Shown: positions 1-12,364 of the stretch, piece by piece
Layout: the number at the start of each line of letters is the position of its first letter
Numbering within the stretch: the first letter of the stretch is position 1
Notes under the pieces: generated by a model
Seen by the model: only the letters and a program-made list of their open reading frames with translations
Told to the model about the DNA's origin: nothing
Database searches by the model: none
DNA from: Laetmonice hystrix
Taxonomy: Eukaryota
Direction: 5' to 3'
NCBI GenBank assembly: GCA_965235115.1
Contig: OZ249436.1
Location: 31,622,001-31,686,000 of the forward strand
Length of the DNA stretch: 64,000 nt
Made by a program: the position numbers and the translations under genes

Positions 1-38
1 GATATGATCGTCCGTTGCTATATAATACTAGCACTTAC

Positions 39-139
39 TTTGTTTCCAGAACGAGGGCGAGAATTCCTACCGCCAGGGGCGCTGATGCTGAAGTGCCCGT
101 ATGTGACATGGTGCATTTATCATGGAGGTCTGTGCTGAT
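39..139 (-). CDS. PCSK1: PC1/3-like coding exon 10 (catalytic Ser); gene continues beyond window
   Basis: atctag|[35 protein letters not shown]|gtaagt, 101 nt. Confidence 0.95.
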
Positions 140-621
140 CTAGATGCATTTCAAAACAATATCATTGCAATTTACTATAGATATTCATTGAAAATAAAGC
201 CGGGGAAATTTTAAGGACATGATTAAAACTCTATTTATCAATTTAAACCATCTACGGAATTGGAAACGAAAGCAATGAGCTAATCTGTTTTACACCTCAT
301 CAGCTCCTTTCGTTCTCAGGACAGAACTCACGGGTCCCTACGACTTTCCAATTTCGTTTCACATTCTCTTTTAATCCCTGGCAGCGATTACTTTTTACCT
401 TCGTTTCCTACAATTGTCATAGCGTCACCTTCCCAGTGGGACTACTCAATTATTCCGATTCTCTTGAGGTGGTTTACTCTTACGCCGGCAGACTCGTTTT
501 CTATCACTTTAAAAATATTGCCGGATTGCGTTACTTGCGTTTTTTCTTTCTGCAATTATTACCACCTCTAGCTCAGCATACGGTCTTGTCCATTTTATTG
601 TATTGTGACCATTTCACGTAC

Positions 622-834
622 TATTTTCTGATCACTGATGGTACCGGAAGAGTAGGTGGTTGCCATGGTGGAGGCACATTTCTCGGCGTACCATGGCGAC
701 TGGCAGTGCTGGGAGGCCGAGGACACAGATATGGTATAGATGGAGCCAGTGTAACCGTCACAGTTACAGTTGTCGTCGTGCATGCCACCGTTTCCAGACG
801 CCCACACGTACAACACCCCTTTACCTCCGCGGCC
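622..834 (-). CDS. PCSK1: PC1/3-like coding exon 9 (oxyanion Asn)
   Basis: tcaaag|[36 protein letters not shown]...SDQKI|gtacgt, 213 nt; ASGNGG has Asn (PC2 has Asp). Confidence 0.95.
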
Positions 835-1324
835 CTTTGAAGTAAAAGATAATCCCTTGGATTAGAAATACTTGTAAACGACCTCAGGATGGGCTACTGT
901 TCCAAGGTTATGAGGGTTATTTATTTAGAATTGACATGGTGTAAGGCTACTAAGGTGACGTCCATGGTTGAAGACAGACTTTTAAAGCTTCTAATGTTAT
1001 AAAATACAACGGACTAATTGGTCATATTTTATAGGCACCTAAAATTTATTTTATGGCGGTTGTTTGAAAAAGTCTGGAAGAATATTCTGTGCCAGATTTA
1101 GGCCTGCAGTTTGTTTTGCCACAGTTCAAAACTTTTACGAAAAATTAGCAAACTTTTCTAAAAAGCCCTGCAGTTTCAAAACTTTTACGAAAAGTTAGCA
1201 AACCTTTTTTAAAAGGCCTGCAATTTCTCTTACCATAGTTCAAAACGTTTACGGGAACTTAGCAAACCTTTCTGAAACATTAAAAGAACCGAAAAAGAAC
1301 TGATGGAAGTGTTTGAAGGCCTAC

Positions 1325-1497
1325 CTTTGTGATACCTTCTTGGAATGCTTTGGAAGCGAGCTGGCCGGGACCCTCCACTGTCTTACCGTCATCATTGGGG
1401 CCCCAGGAGGCGCTAAAGATGTCCACCACACCGAGGCCGTGCGACAGCGCATGCGCCTCAAGGCGGTCGGTCACCCGGCCGTCCAACATCCGGATTC
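1325..1497 (-). CDS. PCSK1: PC1/3-like coding exon 8
   Basis: tgtcag|[57 protein letters not shown]|gtaggc, 173 nt. Confidence 0.95.
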
Positions 1498-2012
1498 CTG
1501 ACAAAATGTAGTGGCAACTGATTAAACAAAACCAGGCAATCCTTGTAACAGTTCCATCTTCTTTATTTCAGGCACGTCTATATTCCATGACGACAGCTCC
1601 GGAGTAGCCTATAACCCAGTCTTCACCTATTTCGAACGCGACGCCAAACGTCTATATTCAAAGACTTCATTACTGACAAAGATCAATTACATAGAAGGTT
1701 CGGTAATTAGGGATTCGACTTAATTCAAGTTTTTTGGGGCACCTACTATACTAGTGGTAGGTTTATTAGACGGAGAAAAACAGAAATGTATTAGGCCTAC
1801 TATAGTAGGCCTATATAAATTATAAAACGTAGGCCAAACAGGAGGCCTATAGCCACGTATCCTAATGCCCTATAGTGCCTATCTAAATCTCTGGCCTACA
1901 GAAACGTTGTTTTCAACGTTTATTATAGACTCTAACCTTCTTTTAAAAACTTATTTTTATTACGCTCAAAATGTATCCTTGAGGTGTGTGTGCCTGCGAA
2001 CGTGTCACTAAC

Positions 2013-2101
2013 CTCCGACCTTGGCATTGTAGGCCACGCCCACCCCGCACTTGTTATTGTTGGCAACCATTGCGATTTCACCTGCACAACGTGTTCCATG
2101 T
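2013..2101 (-). CDS. PCSK1: PC1/3-like coding exon 7 (catalytic His)
   Basis: tgccag|[30 protein letters not shown]|gttagt, 89 nt. Confidence 0.95.
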
Positions 2102-3160
2102 CTGGCAAAAGTACAAAACACAAATTAAAACCATTTCTCTCAAGGCTGGATCTACGTTATGCAAACATGTTTACCGGCATTGACTTGAACGGCTTGCTGT
2201 TAACTACTGACACTCTAGTATCGGTAGGGCCTACACTTGTGCCCGTCATCTGCCGTAGTCGTGGCTACGCTTTCTCCCATGGCAAACATACCGCGTTGAA
2301 GTAGCCATGTTTGGTCTGTCCCTGGTCTATGAATATTCAAGATGTTAATCTTGCCGGCTAACAGTTACACCCCCCGGCAACGGTACGCACTCAATCCCTA
2401 TTATCTGAAAGGATTTGGGATAGAAAGTAGGTTCGTATCGCCATCCCTTGGGGGATTTGAAAAGGAACAAGGGTAAATATATACAAAAAGTTGTTTCTGG
2501 GCTGGAATAATTATTAAGGCGGTTCCGCACATGCTTGGGTATCAGACAGGGAAACGTCTTTTTATCCAACAAGAAAAACGATGATTTGCCTGCGATTTTA
2601 AACCTCAAGCCCGCGATGCAGTAAAATAAAAGCTTCCAATGTGTCTGTGATTCTGAATTTAAAAGTTGAAACTCACCTTGTGTATCTACAGTGGATAGCA
2701 TGGAATTATGTAATGGTGAGTGCTAGTCTATCGAAAACATATCTCAGCAAAATGTAACTATAGTTGCGCATTATAAGGGCCGATAATGCTTATTGTAGAA
2801 AGGTCATGAGATACGTATCAACGAGGGCAATACCTGCAGGACAACTCACCGTTTGCCACCAGCGATTCGTAGCATAACATTGCAAGAGTTTTAAAGGTGC
2901 ATATAAAGTTCCTCGAAAAGTGACCTTTCATCCTCAGCAACACCATGTTAAAATTTCAGGTTTGAATGATCAGTGAAAGTATAGAGAAATGGAGTTACAA
3001 TTGGCCGCCGTCTTGTTACCGTTCGGACCGAACGCTATCTGCCCTTTTTCCTTGCGATACGGTTTGGGATTAAGCGCCTCACACAACATATAAGTGAAGC
3101 ATGGCCTTCCGCTGGAAACGATGGGGTCTGTGTACGTCATGTAGGTCGATATATACTCAC

Positions 3161-3237
3161 TTATTCTCGTTTGATATGTCGTATCGTGGGAAGGGGTCAT
3201 CGTCGTCGTCGTTTAAGTCTATGCTCGCTTCTGGTGA
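3161..3237 (-). CDS. PCSK1: PC1/3-like coding exon 6
   Basis: ggacag|SPEASIDLNDDDDDPFPRYDISNEN-K|gtgagt, 77 nt. Confidence 0.92.
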
Positions 3238-5226
3238 CTGTCCCGGAACGAAAAGTTAACACAGGTAAATTGTCGAATGAAGAAGTACAATGAAACAGGC
3301 TCCCGCCTTTTTTACATCTTACATATACTTTTGACAAAGAGTGTCTCAATCTCTTATCACAAACTAGAATGGGTCGTAAAATCAGGAATGTATATAACAC
3401 ATGCACAACGGATAGCAGAATATCTGATGTTAACGAATCTATTGTTTAAAAAATTATCTCCGAAAATTTCACATTGCACGGCACTGAAAAACAAATTCAC
3501 TTTGTAAGTGTGGAGATGACCTAATCAAAACAGCGACGTTCCCCTAATCCATCTGCTATCAGGATCAGGAGATGGACTTCTAATCAAAATAGCGATAAAG
3601 GAGATTAACCGGCCAATATCGCATCCTATTTGATCTGAACTGAACGACAAGCTGATGCCAAGAAAGTGGTGTTGACAGCAAGTCTCCTTGACACCACCGC
3701 CAAATAGGTTCCACACTCCAATGGCTACAAATGAGTGTTTACAAATTCGCAACACCTCTCGGAACATCTGTTGCCTTCCTTATCGCGCATAAAATAGCTC
3801 CATTAAGGCACGCCTGTGTATTAAAGAGTCCATTAGGCTAGATGCGAAGAAAAGGTGTGGGCCATCGTCAACAGTCCGTCGCCCCCAATGATCAATGCCT
3901 ATGGACACGTAACATAAGTGAATTAATCTACATGGGAGGATAGAACGGAGACGAGCAAATGATACAGCTAGCAGGGTGTCCCACTGTGGTCGGTTGATGC
4001 TGATTGCAGCATTGGTTTGTCGTTACACTGTGAAAGATCTGTTTAAATCGGTGCAATCTTTGCTTGCACTACTATATGCAGTGATTGGTTACATCCTCAC
4101 TGTTATTGAATGTACTTCCGCCACGCGTCGTATTCAGATAACCAGCTAGTCGCTCACTGCTCTTCAAACCGTGCGAGTTATTATGCTGACAGAGATTCTG
4201 AGGTTTCAATTTTGGGAAAACTATAAAGGAATCCGTGGCTGCGGTTTCCTTAGGTACTGTGTGTAAAGGGGTTTCTGTTAGGATCTTCGGAACTTAAATA
4301 ATTATTGTGTTCAGCGGTCTCTATTTATTCTCCACTTTCTGACTTGGGTCATGAATCGCTTGACGTTTTACACCCAACACTATAAGTTCGCCAAATGTTA
4401 TCGTCACAGCTTTCATCTTGGTCAGGTAATATGCTGACCGTATAACGGTGACACACTACTAGTCGTCGCTTCCAAACATCGGGCGTACGTCAATTTTCCG
4501 TATCTGTGCTGACGTTTACAAACACGTACGTTTAGGATCATGACGTCGGTCAATGTCCACACGCGCGTCGTTTCCAATTTCCGTGTCACTCTTCGTCGTA
4601 TAATCATACTATAGCATCATGGGACGGCGGCTTGGGAATATTCTGAATTCATCCGGCCTATTACTGTCAAAATCCATAAAGTGGTAACATTTGTTTCCGG
4701 GTGACCTTCGTATAACCTTGGCAACATCAGATTCCGATAAGCTCGCCCTCGCGTGTCGTCCAATGCCGTTCCTGTTGTTGTTATTGCAATGGATCCATCC
4801 TGGCTAACTCTCCACATTTATTCTGAGTTTGGAACTGGTTCTATGTGTGCAAAGTGTCATATCTTTCATATCTCGCGATCTCCCATATGTTCGGATAAGG
4901 ATATGTGTCGTTCAAATCCTGACATTTATATTGGATATTTCTAGGGCTCACATGCCGCTACACACAGAGGTATGTAGAAATCGCAAGGTTAATTCCCTTG
5001 GGCTACGCACTTAATTTTTCTTCACATGCCGACGATTTTATCATACTCTTGGGGGAAATGAGGTGAACAAAAACATTCCGCGATAATTGAAATGTGTCCC
5101 ATTGAACTAGTCAATGCACCAGAGACGGCGCATGGTGCTCAACTGGAGCAGACTCTATGACCTAAGTAAGATGTTAATTATAGATGGTGCGTTAGCTTCA
5201 AATAGATTTCCTGGATGTATACTTAC

Positions 5227-5264
5227 ATAGTTGGGGGCGATATCTGTGTGGTTATGTTCAAGAC
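5227..5264 (-). CDS. PCSK1: PC1/3-like coding exon 5 (38-nt micro-exon)
   Basis: ttacag|(G)LEHNHTDIAPNY|gtaagt; restores frame between exon 4 (phase 1) and exon 6 (phase 0). Confidence 0.9.
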
Positions 5265-5624
5265 CTGTAATTACAACAATAAAACAGAGGATCTGAAACA
5301 TTTGAAATTTTAAGCCGACCAACAGTGGACAAAAGACTACGATTACGGTTATGCTCTATCCCATACAACAGTCACTCTCATGAATTATATAACGATTCCG
5401 AGGTTTGGAGTGATGATTATCGATACCAAGTACTTTTTAGGCATCTCTCTACTATTTACCCCCGTATTCCGTGCTCCGCATTGCTTGTTTAGGTAATAGT
5501 GGGGTGCTAAAATTGACATTTGGGGGGGGGGGGGTTATCGGAAAAAGACTGTGGGTTTAAAATATACTTTTGTATCTAGTATCCGTTTGTTTTGGAATCT
5601 AATGTCCTTTAAATATTGTAAATG

Positions 5625-5858
5625 TATACAGAAATGGAGATATCAATGGAAATTCAACATTCCAGTTGCCTGTCGTCTCATGGCTGGACAAAATCGTTGA
5701 CCTGGCATTGACTTGAACAGCCAATAAAATTCACTGGTTCATCGCCCGATGAATTTGCTGTTCAAGTCAACAATTTTGTCAACAAGCAGCCATAAGCCGA
5801 TCGCTTCATAGTGACAACAGGCAACTGGTATTGAATTTCCTTAGATATCCATTATACA
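5625..5858. mobile_element. Palindromic MITE-like element
   Basis: Nested inverted arms gatatc..ggaaattcaa..ccagttgcctgt / acaggcaactgg..ttgaatttcc..gatatc and ttgacttgaacagc / gctgttcaagtcaa. Confidence 0.6.
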
Positions 5859-6609
5859 TTATATCAATTTATGTAGCTTCTCTAACCTAACAACCTATGT
5901 CCTAATTGTAGAGTTATTGAAACGAGAGATACCCGTTGATTGCTTTAAGACCTCATCTGTCTGATTGTTTGTTTATAAAGTAATCAAGAGAGCGTATTTT
6001 GTAATCTCTGTCATTTCTAGTTTGTCTAAGAATCCCACGTGTCTCCTAAATAGCTAACGGTTTCAGGAAATGGTCGATACACTCCGAAATGTTGTAGGAT
6101 TCACTATACAGTTTGAAAATATTGGTCTGGCATGGGGCATTCTATTTGGGATTGTCCATTTTTTCCAAATCCTTCTGAATTGTAGGTAGAAGATATATCT
6201 GAGTAGGTCTCGGAGGTTTCTGCCTCCTTTATGTAGCCGTATCTTCTCATTATCAGGGTCGCTGATCTGTCTGCCTTTGGTATTACTAGGTGATTGTTAT
6301 CTTTAAGATTTTAGTGTTCCTAACTGAGTTCTGGTTGGGTTTGGTTTGTCCTTCATCTTTGTTAATTACGTTCCGCAATTTTTCTGATAAGGCGTCTAAG
6401 TTTTGATGAGTTTAAACTGGTATTAATTAATTTAGTAGCGCCCACTATGACTGTGTCAATGGCTAGGGGCTGAACTGCTGTCACCCCTTGAAAGGTTTCT
6501 GGGGCTTATTGGTGAACTTTAACGGTCAACCAGACCTGTATATGGTGGCACTGGTGACGTTTGTTCGGAGTGCCAGAAGGCCTCCCCAAATTTCCTGGTA
6601 AATTTCCAG

Positions 6610-6965
6610 GCCCCGGTTTTTAGTTTGCAAACAGAGTCTTAAAGCGACAGTCTCGTCCTTTAGCATTGTGCGCTAGGCTGGCCATCCTAACGGTCGATGT
6701 GCTATTTATAGACGTCAGTTTCTATGCTGTAGCATAGGAACTGACGTCCATAATAATAGTACATCGACTGTTGTCGGAGGTACGCCTATCGCACAATGCT
6801 GAAGGACGAGACCGTCGCTTTAAGATTCAACTCGTAAGACTGAATTTTTGTTTCTGAGCTCCGATTGGTCCTTCAAATGAAGTCGACCAATGACAGACCA
6901 CAAAACAAGTCAGTCTTAAAATTCCAGTCTTAAGATTGGTAAAATTACAAACTAAAAACTGGGCC
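6610..6965. mobile_element. PIF/Harbinger-like MITE (CAG TSD)
   Basis: TIR gccccggtttttagtttg / caaactaaaaactgggcc flanked by CAG on both sides. Confidence 0.6.
6643..6819. mobile_element. Kolobok-like palindromic MITE nested in the previous element
   Basis: TTAA|agcgacagtctcgtcctt...aaggacgagaccgtcgct|TTAA; near-complete 177-bp hairpin; AG..CT termini. Confidence 0.65.
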
Positions 6966-7111
6966 CAGGTCTGTCGGTTCCCTAAAAAAGTCTGGGACTG
7001 TGTGGATCAATTCGGATTCACTCTCTGAAGTGATCTTATCTCATGACAGGACAGTCTTATCGCAAAAAGGACTGCACCAATCATAGTCAGTTCCTCTCTG
7101 AAGGTCTCTAA

Positions 7112-7769
7112 AGCTGCGTGTCCACAGGTCCGGATGCGACCACGGATACGGATACGGATTTTTAAAAACACATTACAAATATTGGCAGGGTTTCCGCCAG
7201 AAAATAATTAATGGGGGGGACGGGCGAGCCCGTCGAAGGCGGGCCAGAAGGGTGGGTCTGGGGGCCCTCCCCCAGAAAAAAACTTTTTCAGGAGCTCCGG
7301 AGATGCGTTTTCCTGGCCTCTCAGAGCGAGAATCTTCACTAAATCTACCACAAAAAAATCCACAATTTTTACGCCAATAACGCAAAATTGGCAGTGACAG
7401 CAAACAGAATCATACCAACGTTTTAAATAAATGCATCATTACAATATTATTCGACATCAGAAGGAAGGATTGTCAGGATTATTCATAGACATTTCGTTGT
7501 CGACGTTGAAACTATGTTCAGATACCTTTAAAAAAACACTGCTCTGCAGATTGATGGGGGGATATCCCCCTCATGTCCCAATCATGGGGGGGGGATAAAT
7601 CCCCCCCGCCCCCCCCCCCCCCTCTGTATGAAACCCTGATAGGGACTGTGTCGGATGGGTCGCCGTGTCTGGACCCGCATGAGTGGACACAGTCTCTATA
7701 TTTGTAATGTGTTTTTAAAAAATCCGTATCCGTATCCGTGTCCGCATCCGGACCTGTGGACACACAGCT
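7112..7769. mobile_element. PIF/Harbinger-like MITE (TAA TSD)
   Basis: TAA|agctgcgtgtccacaggtccggatgcg...cgcatccggacctgtggacacacagct|TAA; arms with (cggata)n. Confidence 0.75.
7186..7638. mobile_element. CAGGG-terminal MITE with 5-bp TSD, nested in the Harbinger MITE
   Basis: cagggtttc...gaaaccctg; flanks attgg/atagg; the host's other arm shows the uninterrupted sequence. Confidence 0.65.
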
Positions 7770-9679
7770 TAAAAGTTCCCTTATCTCATGACAGGACAGT
7801 TTGCTCACAAAAAGGACTGCACCAATCGACTTGCCATGCATGGAAACCCACATAAAGTGGTACGATATGACTAGGTTTGTCGATACCATGACTTTGACTT
7901 CGTCGATTTAACCGGAAGTCGGTGAGTCACTTCCGGTCGCTTTGAAAGTGCCATAAATGGACTTAGGGTCATCCATAGTCCCCAAAACGATCCTAAGATC
8001 ATGAAAATAGGTTCATAATTAGCGAAGATAGGCGCAGAGTCAGTCTGGAAGATCCCGGGAGGTCCCGAGACCGACATGGCCCCGTAAGGGGGGGGGGTCG
8101 GAAAATTTAAACCAAATCATTTTCCGATAATGACGCCAAATCAACCCGATAAAAAATCAATTTGAGCACATAAATCCTACGGGATTACATTTCATTCTCC
8201 ACTCTAAAGTAACTTAAGGCCGGACCATTTGATACCCGTGGAGACATGCTTTTCTTCATAAGCAAACTTTTGTCATCACTGGTCAAAGCTATGTTGTTTT
8301 CACCTTAACCATTAATCAAACGTGTGGTCATTGTATATATAGTCGAGTAGCCGCCCTTACCATTTCTATTAGGGACCTGGAAATCCCGTTAAGTACAAGG
8401 TTTTGCGATTGAAATGTGTTCCCATGGGCCCTAGGAATATTTTGAACTTTGTTGGCAATGAAACAACTTTGGGGAAAATTTTTAATTAGCTAATTAGCAT
8501 AATTAGCCTGAATTAGCTTAAGAAAAAATAACTTTTGAACCAGGAGGCTTAGAATCATGAACGAAGACACTTTTCCATACAAGTTCAAACCGAGGAATCC
8601 ATTTCCGGCAATATTTCTCAATTCAGAGGTCAAGGTCAAGGTCAAAGGTCAAGTTCAAAGTCATTCTTATGGAACATTAACACATTTTGCTTTTTCTCTG
8701 TTATTTCGCCTTATTTGGCATAGACTCATGCGTAATGGTATATTGTAGATAAAGTTTGATATAGGTAACTTTTTTTAGACTAAAACTTTTCATCCGAGGT
8801 CAAGAACAATGTCAAATATGATGTAAAATTAAGACATTTAAGGGGGTTTTCATCACATTCATGCATACTTATAGGTCTAGATAAGGCATGATTGCACTTT
8901 TTGACTAAAATTCCACCTGGGCTATTAAGCAGAGATATCAAGCAGCATCCTTAGGAGAGTTTTTTAAAAGTCTAGGTGGATCCCTAGAGCCAAAATCCAA
9001 GATGGCTGCCGTCTGCCATCTTGGAAAACAAGGCAGACTCAGACTGGGAACCGTTTGTCTTAGAAGTTAATATGACACATGTTTTTCGACTGAATTGAGG
9101 TCGCTGAACTCATTTCTGACGTCAATTTTTAGAAAGGGACGGTGTTTTATGAAATTTAAGATGGCAGCCGTCCGCCATCTTGGAAAACAAGGCGGACTCG
9201 TAGTTAGGAACGGCGTGCCCGTCCTCTCATGACTGTAAAATTAGGAAGATTCACTGCATTTAGATGCCTGTTGAAAAGGCGTTGTGTTTTTTTCTGGTCT
9301 TTAAATGCCTGCATATATATTCGTCATTAAATCATGGACTTGTTTAGGAATTGTGGAGGATTTAGAAATTGTCCTGTCTGCAATGGAGATTAAAAATAGG
9401 TGAAATGGTCCATTGCATCAGGATGATTTATGTTGTTTGCTGTGAATTGCTCCTAACAAAGGGTCTGGAAGCCGTGCCAGTTGCCCTTTTTAAGTTGCCA
9501 AGTGCTTTGGTTGTTTTTCCCCTATGTTGGGTCCTTCATATTGAATTATTAGGGAGAAGTGGTCACTCCCACAAAGGCTCTGCTCTATTAAGCAGAGATG
9601 TCAAGCAGCATCCTGAGGAACTCAAGTTTTCCAAAGGTCAAGGTGGGTCCCTACATGGCCATAGGACGTCTCGTGTAGA

Positions 9680-10620
9680 AATTAACAGAAATGTTCCAAA
9701 TGCTCCGAAAAACAGGCCGTGACCATACCAGCTGTGAAACCCTCTCCAAATGTGCCAAGTGCGGGGATTTGGAAGGTCATTCTGAAAGCGAATAATCTTC
9801 ACAATGTTAAAATGGCTGATGCTACGACTTCTCGTAGTCGCAGCCTTTCCCCCAAAATAATGGGCGTTTGCCTGTTAATCCACCTTGATGGCAAGCACAC
9901 GCTTCCTTCAATGGAATTGTCGAGGTTTTAGAGCCAATTTTTGCCCTTTACCTACATTTCTTACTGCCCAAGACAAGGTCTCGTTCAAGAGAAATCAGGC
10001 GCACTTTGGTTTTACAACAGATGGCGGCCATGCTGCTGGCGGCACTGCCATTCTGGTTCGACAAGATATCATCCATAGCCCTGTTACAATAGACACCCCT
10101 TTACAGGCAAGAGCCATTCGCCTAGCTCTGCATAAAGCCATAACTATCTGCTCCATATACATTACCCCAGTGTCTTAACCCACCATGATCTAGTTGGTCA
10201 ACTGCCATTCCCATATCTTCTTCCAGGAGACTTTAACGGCCACAATGTGGGGTGGCACCACAAGTGATGCCGGTGATGGCGAAGGCAAGAGGATTGAAAA
10301 GTTCATTGACAACCACTATATGCATTTATAATGATGGTTCCAACATATATACTTGCATCCCGGTCATGGCACCTATACAGCCATTGACCTGGCAATAGCT
10401 GAACCAAATCTGCTGCTGGAATTTTCCTGGAGGATATGGTATGACCTTTGTGGGAGTGAACACTTCTCCCTAATAATTCAATATAAAGGACCCAACATAT
10501 AGAGGAAAAACAACCAAGGTGGCAACTTAAAAAAGGCGGCACGGTTCCAGACCCTGTGTCGGGAGCAATTCATTTAATATAATGTCCCTTGCAGACAGGA
10601 CAGTTTCTAAATCCTCGACA
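9680..10620 (+). pseudogene. Degenerate LINE fragment (ORF1 Cys-knuckle remnant + APE endonuclease)
   Basis: KCSKC..H..CE..KCAKC; LQWNCRG, GGTAILVR, ITICSIY, GDFNGHN, YLHPGHGTYTAIDLA, CGSEH motifs across frameshifts and stops. Confidence 0.8.
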
Positions 10621-10728
10621 ATTCCTAAACACGTCTCAAATCCATGATTTAATGACGAATGTAAGCAGGCATTTAAATACCAGAAAAAAAGCACAATGCC
10701 TTTTCAACAGGCATCCAAATGCAGTGAA

Positions 10729-11120
10729 CAGGGTTCCCAGCTTTTTGTGAATATCAAATTCATTGAGTTTTCCCTGAATATTCTCTGAGAAATTTCCAAA
10801 ATTCCATTGAGAAATATTTTGTGTTTCATAGGTAGCATAACTGATTATAATGATCTTGAGAGGTATATGCTGCGCACTCTATGAACACTAAAAAGCCACG
10901 ATACAAATTAATCAATGGATACAACTTCGGACACACTAAAGATGCGCCCGCCAAATTGAATTAACTGATGAATACCTTTCCCATCTGGGGCATTGTCAAA
11001 TTCCCTGCGTTTTCTCTGATTTTATATGTTTTCCCCCAATTCCCTGAGTTTTCCCTGACTGGAAAAATGGAACACCAATTTCAAGGATTTCCCTGATTTC
11101 CAGAGTGGCTGGGAAGCCTG
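10729..11120. mobile_element. CAGGG-terminal MITE with 5-bp TSD inserted in the right arm of the fold-back element
   Basis: cagggttcccagc...gctgggaagcctg; flanks gtgaa/gtgga; absent from the left arm; internal ttccctga repeats. Confidence 0.75.
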
Positions 11121-12240
11121 GTGGACCATCCTAATGTTGCAATCATGAGGGGACGGGCACGCCGTTCCAAACTATGAGTCGGCCTTGTTTTCCAAGAGGG
11201 CGGACGGCAGCCATCTTGAATTTCATAAAACACAGTCCCCCTCTTAAAATTGACGTCAAAAATGAGTTCAGCGACCTCAATTTAGTTGAAAAACATGTGT
11301 CATATTAATTTCTAAGACAAACGGTTCCCAGGCTTTGAGTCTGCCTTGTTTTCCAAGATGGTGGACGGCAGCCATTTTGGCTCTAGGGATCCACCTTTAC
11401 TTTTACAAAACTGTCCTCAGGATGCCGCTTGACATCTCTGCTTAATAGCTCAGGTGAAATTTTCATCAAAAAGTGCCACCATGCCTATCTAGACCTAATT
11501 AAGATCTAAGATAAAAAAAACCCTAAATATCTTATTTCTACATAATTTGACCTTGTCCTTGACCTCGGATGAAAAGTATTAGTCTGAAATAGATTACCTG
11601 TATCAAAGTTGTATCTACAATATACCATTACGGATGAGTCTATGCCAAATAAGATGAAATAACAGAGAAAAGGCAAAGTGTGTTAATTTTCCATGAGAAT
11701 TACAGTGAACTTGACCTTTGACCTTGAATTTGACCTCTGAATTGAGAAATATTGCCGGAAATGGATTCCTCGGTTTGAACTTGTATGGAAAAGTGTCTTC
11801 GTTCATGATTCTATGCCTCCTGGTTCAAAAGTTATTTTTCATTAAACTAATTCAGGCTAATTATGCTAATTAGCTAATTAAAAATTTTCCCCAAAGTTGT
11901 TTCATTGCCAACAAAGTTCAAAATATTCCTAGGGCCCATGGGAACACATTTCAATCATAAAACCTTGTACTTAACAGGATTTCCAGGTCCAGTTGGGCGG
12001 CAACTCGACTAATACCAAAAAAAAATGGAAAGGTTTTTTAAATGTTTGGCGTGCACCTTTTTTCTGTAGATGATGTAGGTATCAATTGGTCCTCTCTTGA
12101 AAATCCTTTTCTTATAGAATTAAGATATTTTAAATATCGACTTGAAACCTTTCCGCAAGACTTGCGTTATCAATGCGGTGGAATTCTAATGGCGACTATG
12201 ATCTCTCAGGTTGGCTCCGATGCTCCGTCCACATGCTTAC

Positions 12241-12364
12241 CGTCATCAAGCACGGTGACGGTGACGCCCTGTCCAGTGATGTTCCTGCTCCATACCGGCA
12301 AGACGTGCAGGTCGAGCCGGGGCAGGCTTGGGTCTGTCTCCATCTCCACCGCTCGCTCGTCGTG
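12241..12364 (-). CDS. PCSK1: PC1/3-like coding exon 4 (catalytic Asp)
   Basis: gtgcag|[42 protein letters not shown]|gtaagc, 124 nt; [11 protein letters not shown] is PC1-type. Confidence 0.93.

Larger units (their letters stand above)
8340..12011. mobile_element. 3.7-kb non-autonomous fold-back DNA transposon (Academ-like termini)
   Basis: Termini TAGTCGAG...CTCGACTA flanked by ATA/ATA; inverted arms of about 1.2 kb (8340-9578 vs 10445-12011); mirrored ORFs 8557+ and 11615- are nearly identical. Confidence 0.8.

Noticed and set aside
622..834. Assignment of the convertase to PC2 or furin
   Set aside because: Oxyanion residue is Asn (not PC2); [17 protein letters not shown] and KTVEGPG are PC1/3-type; C-terminus lies outside the window, so the call rests on these motifs
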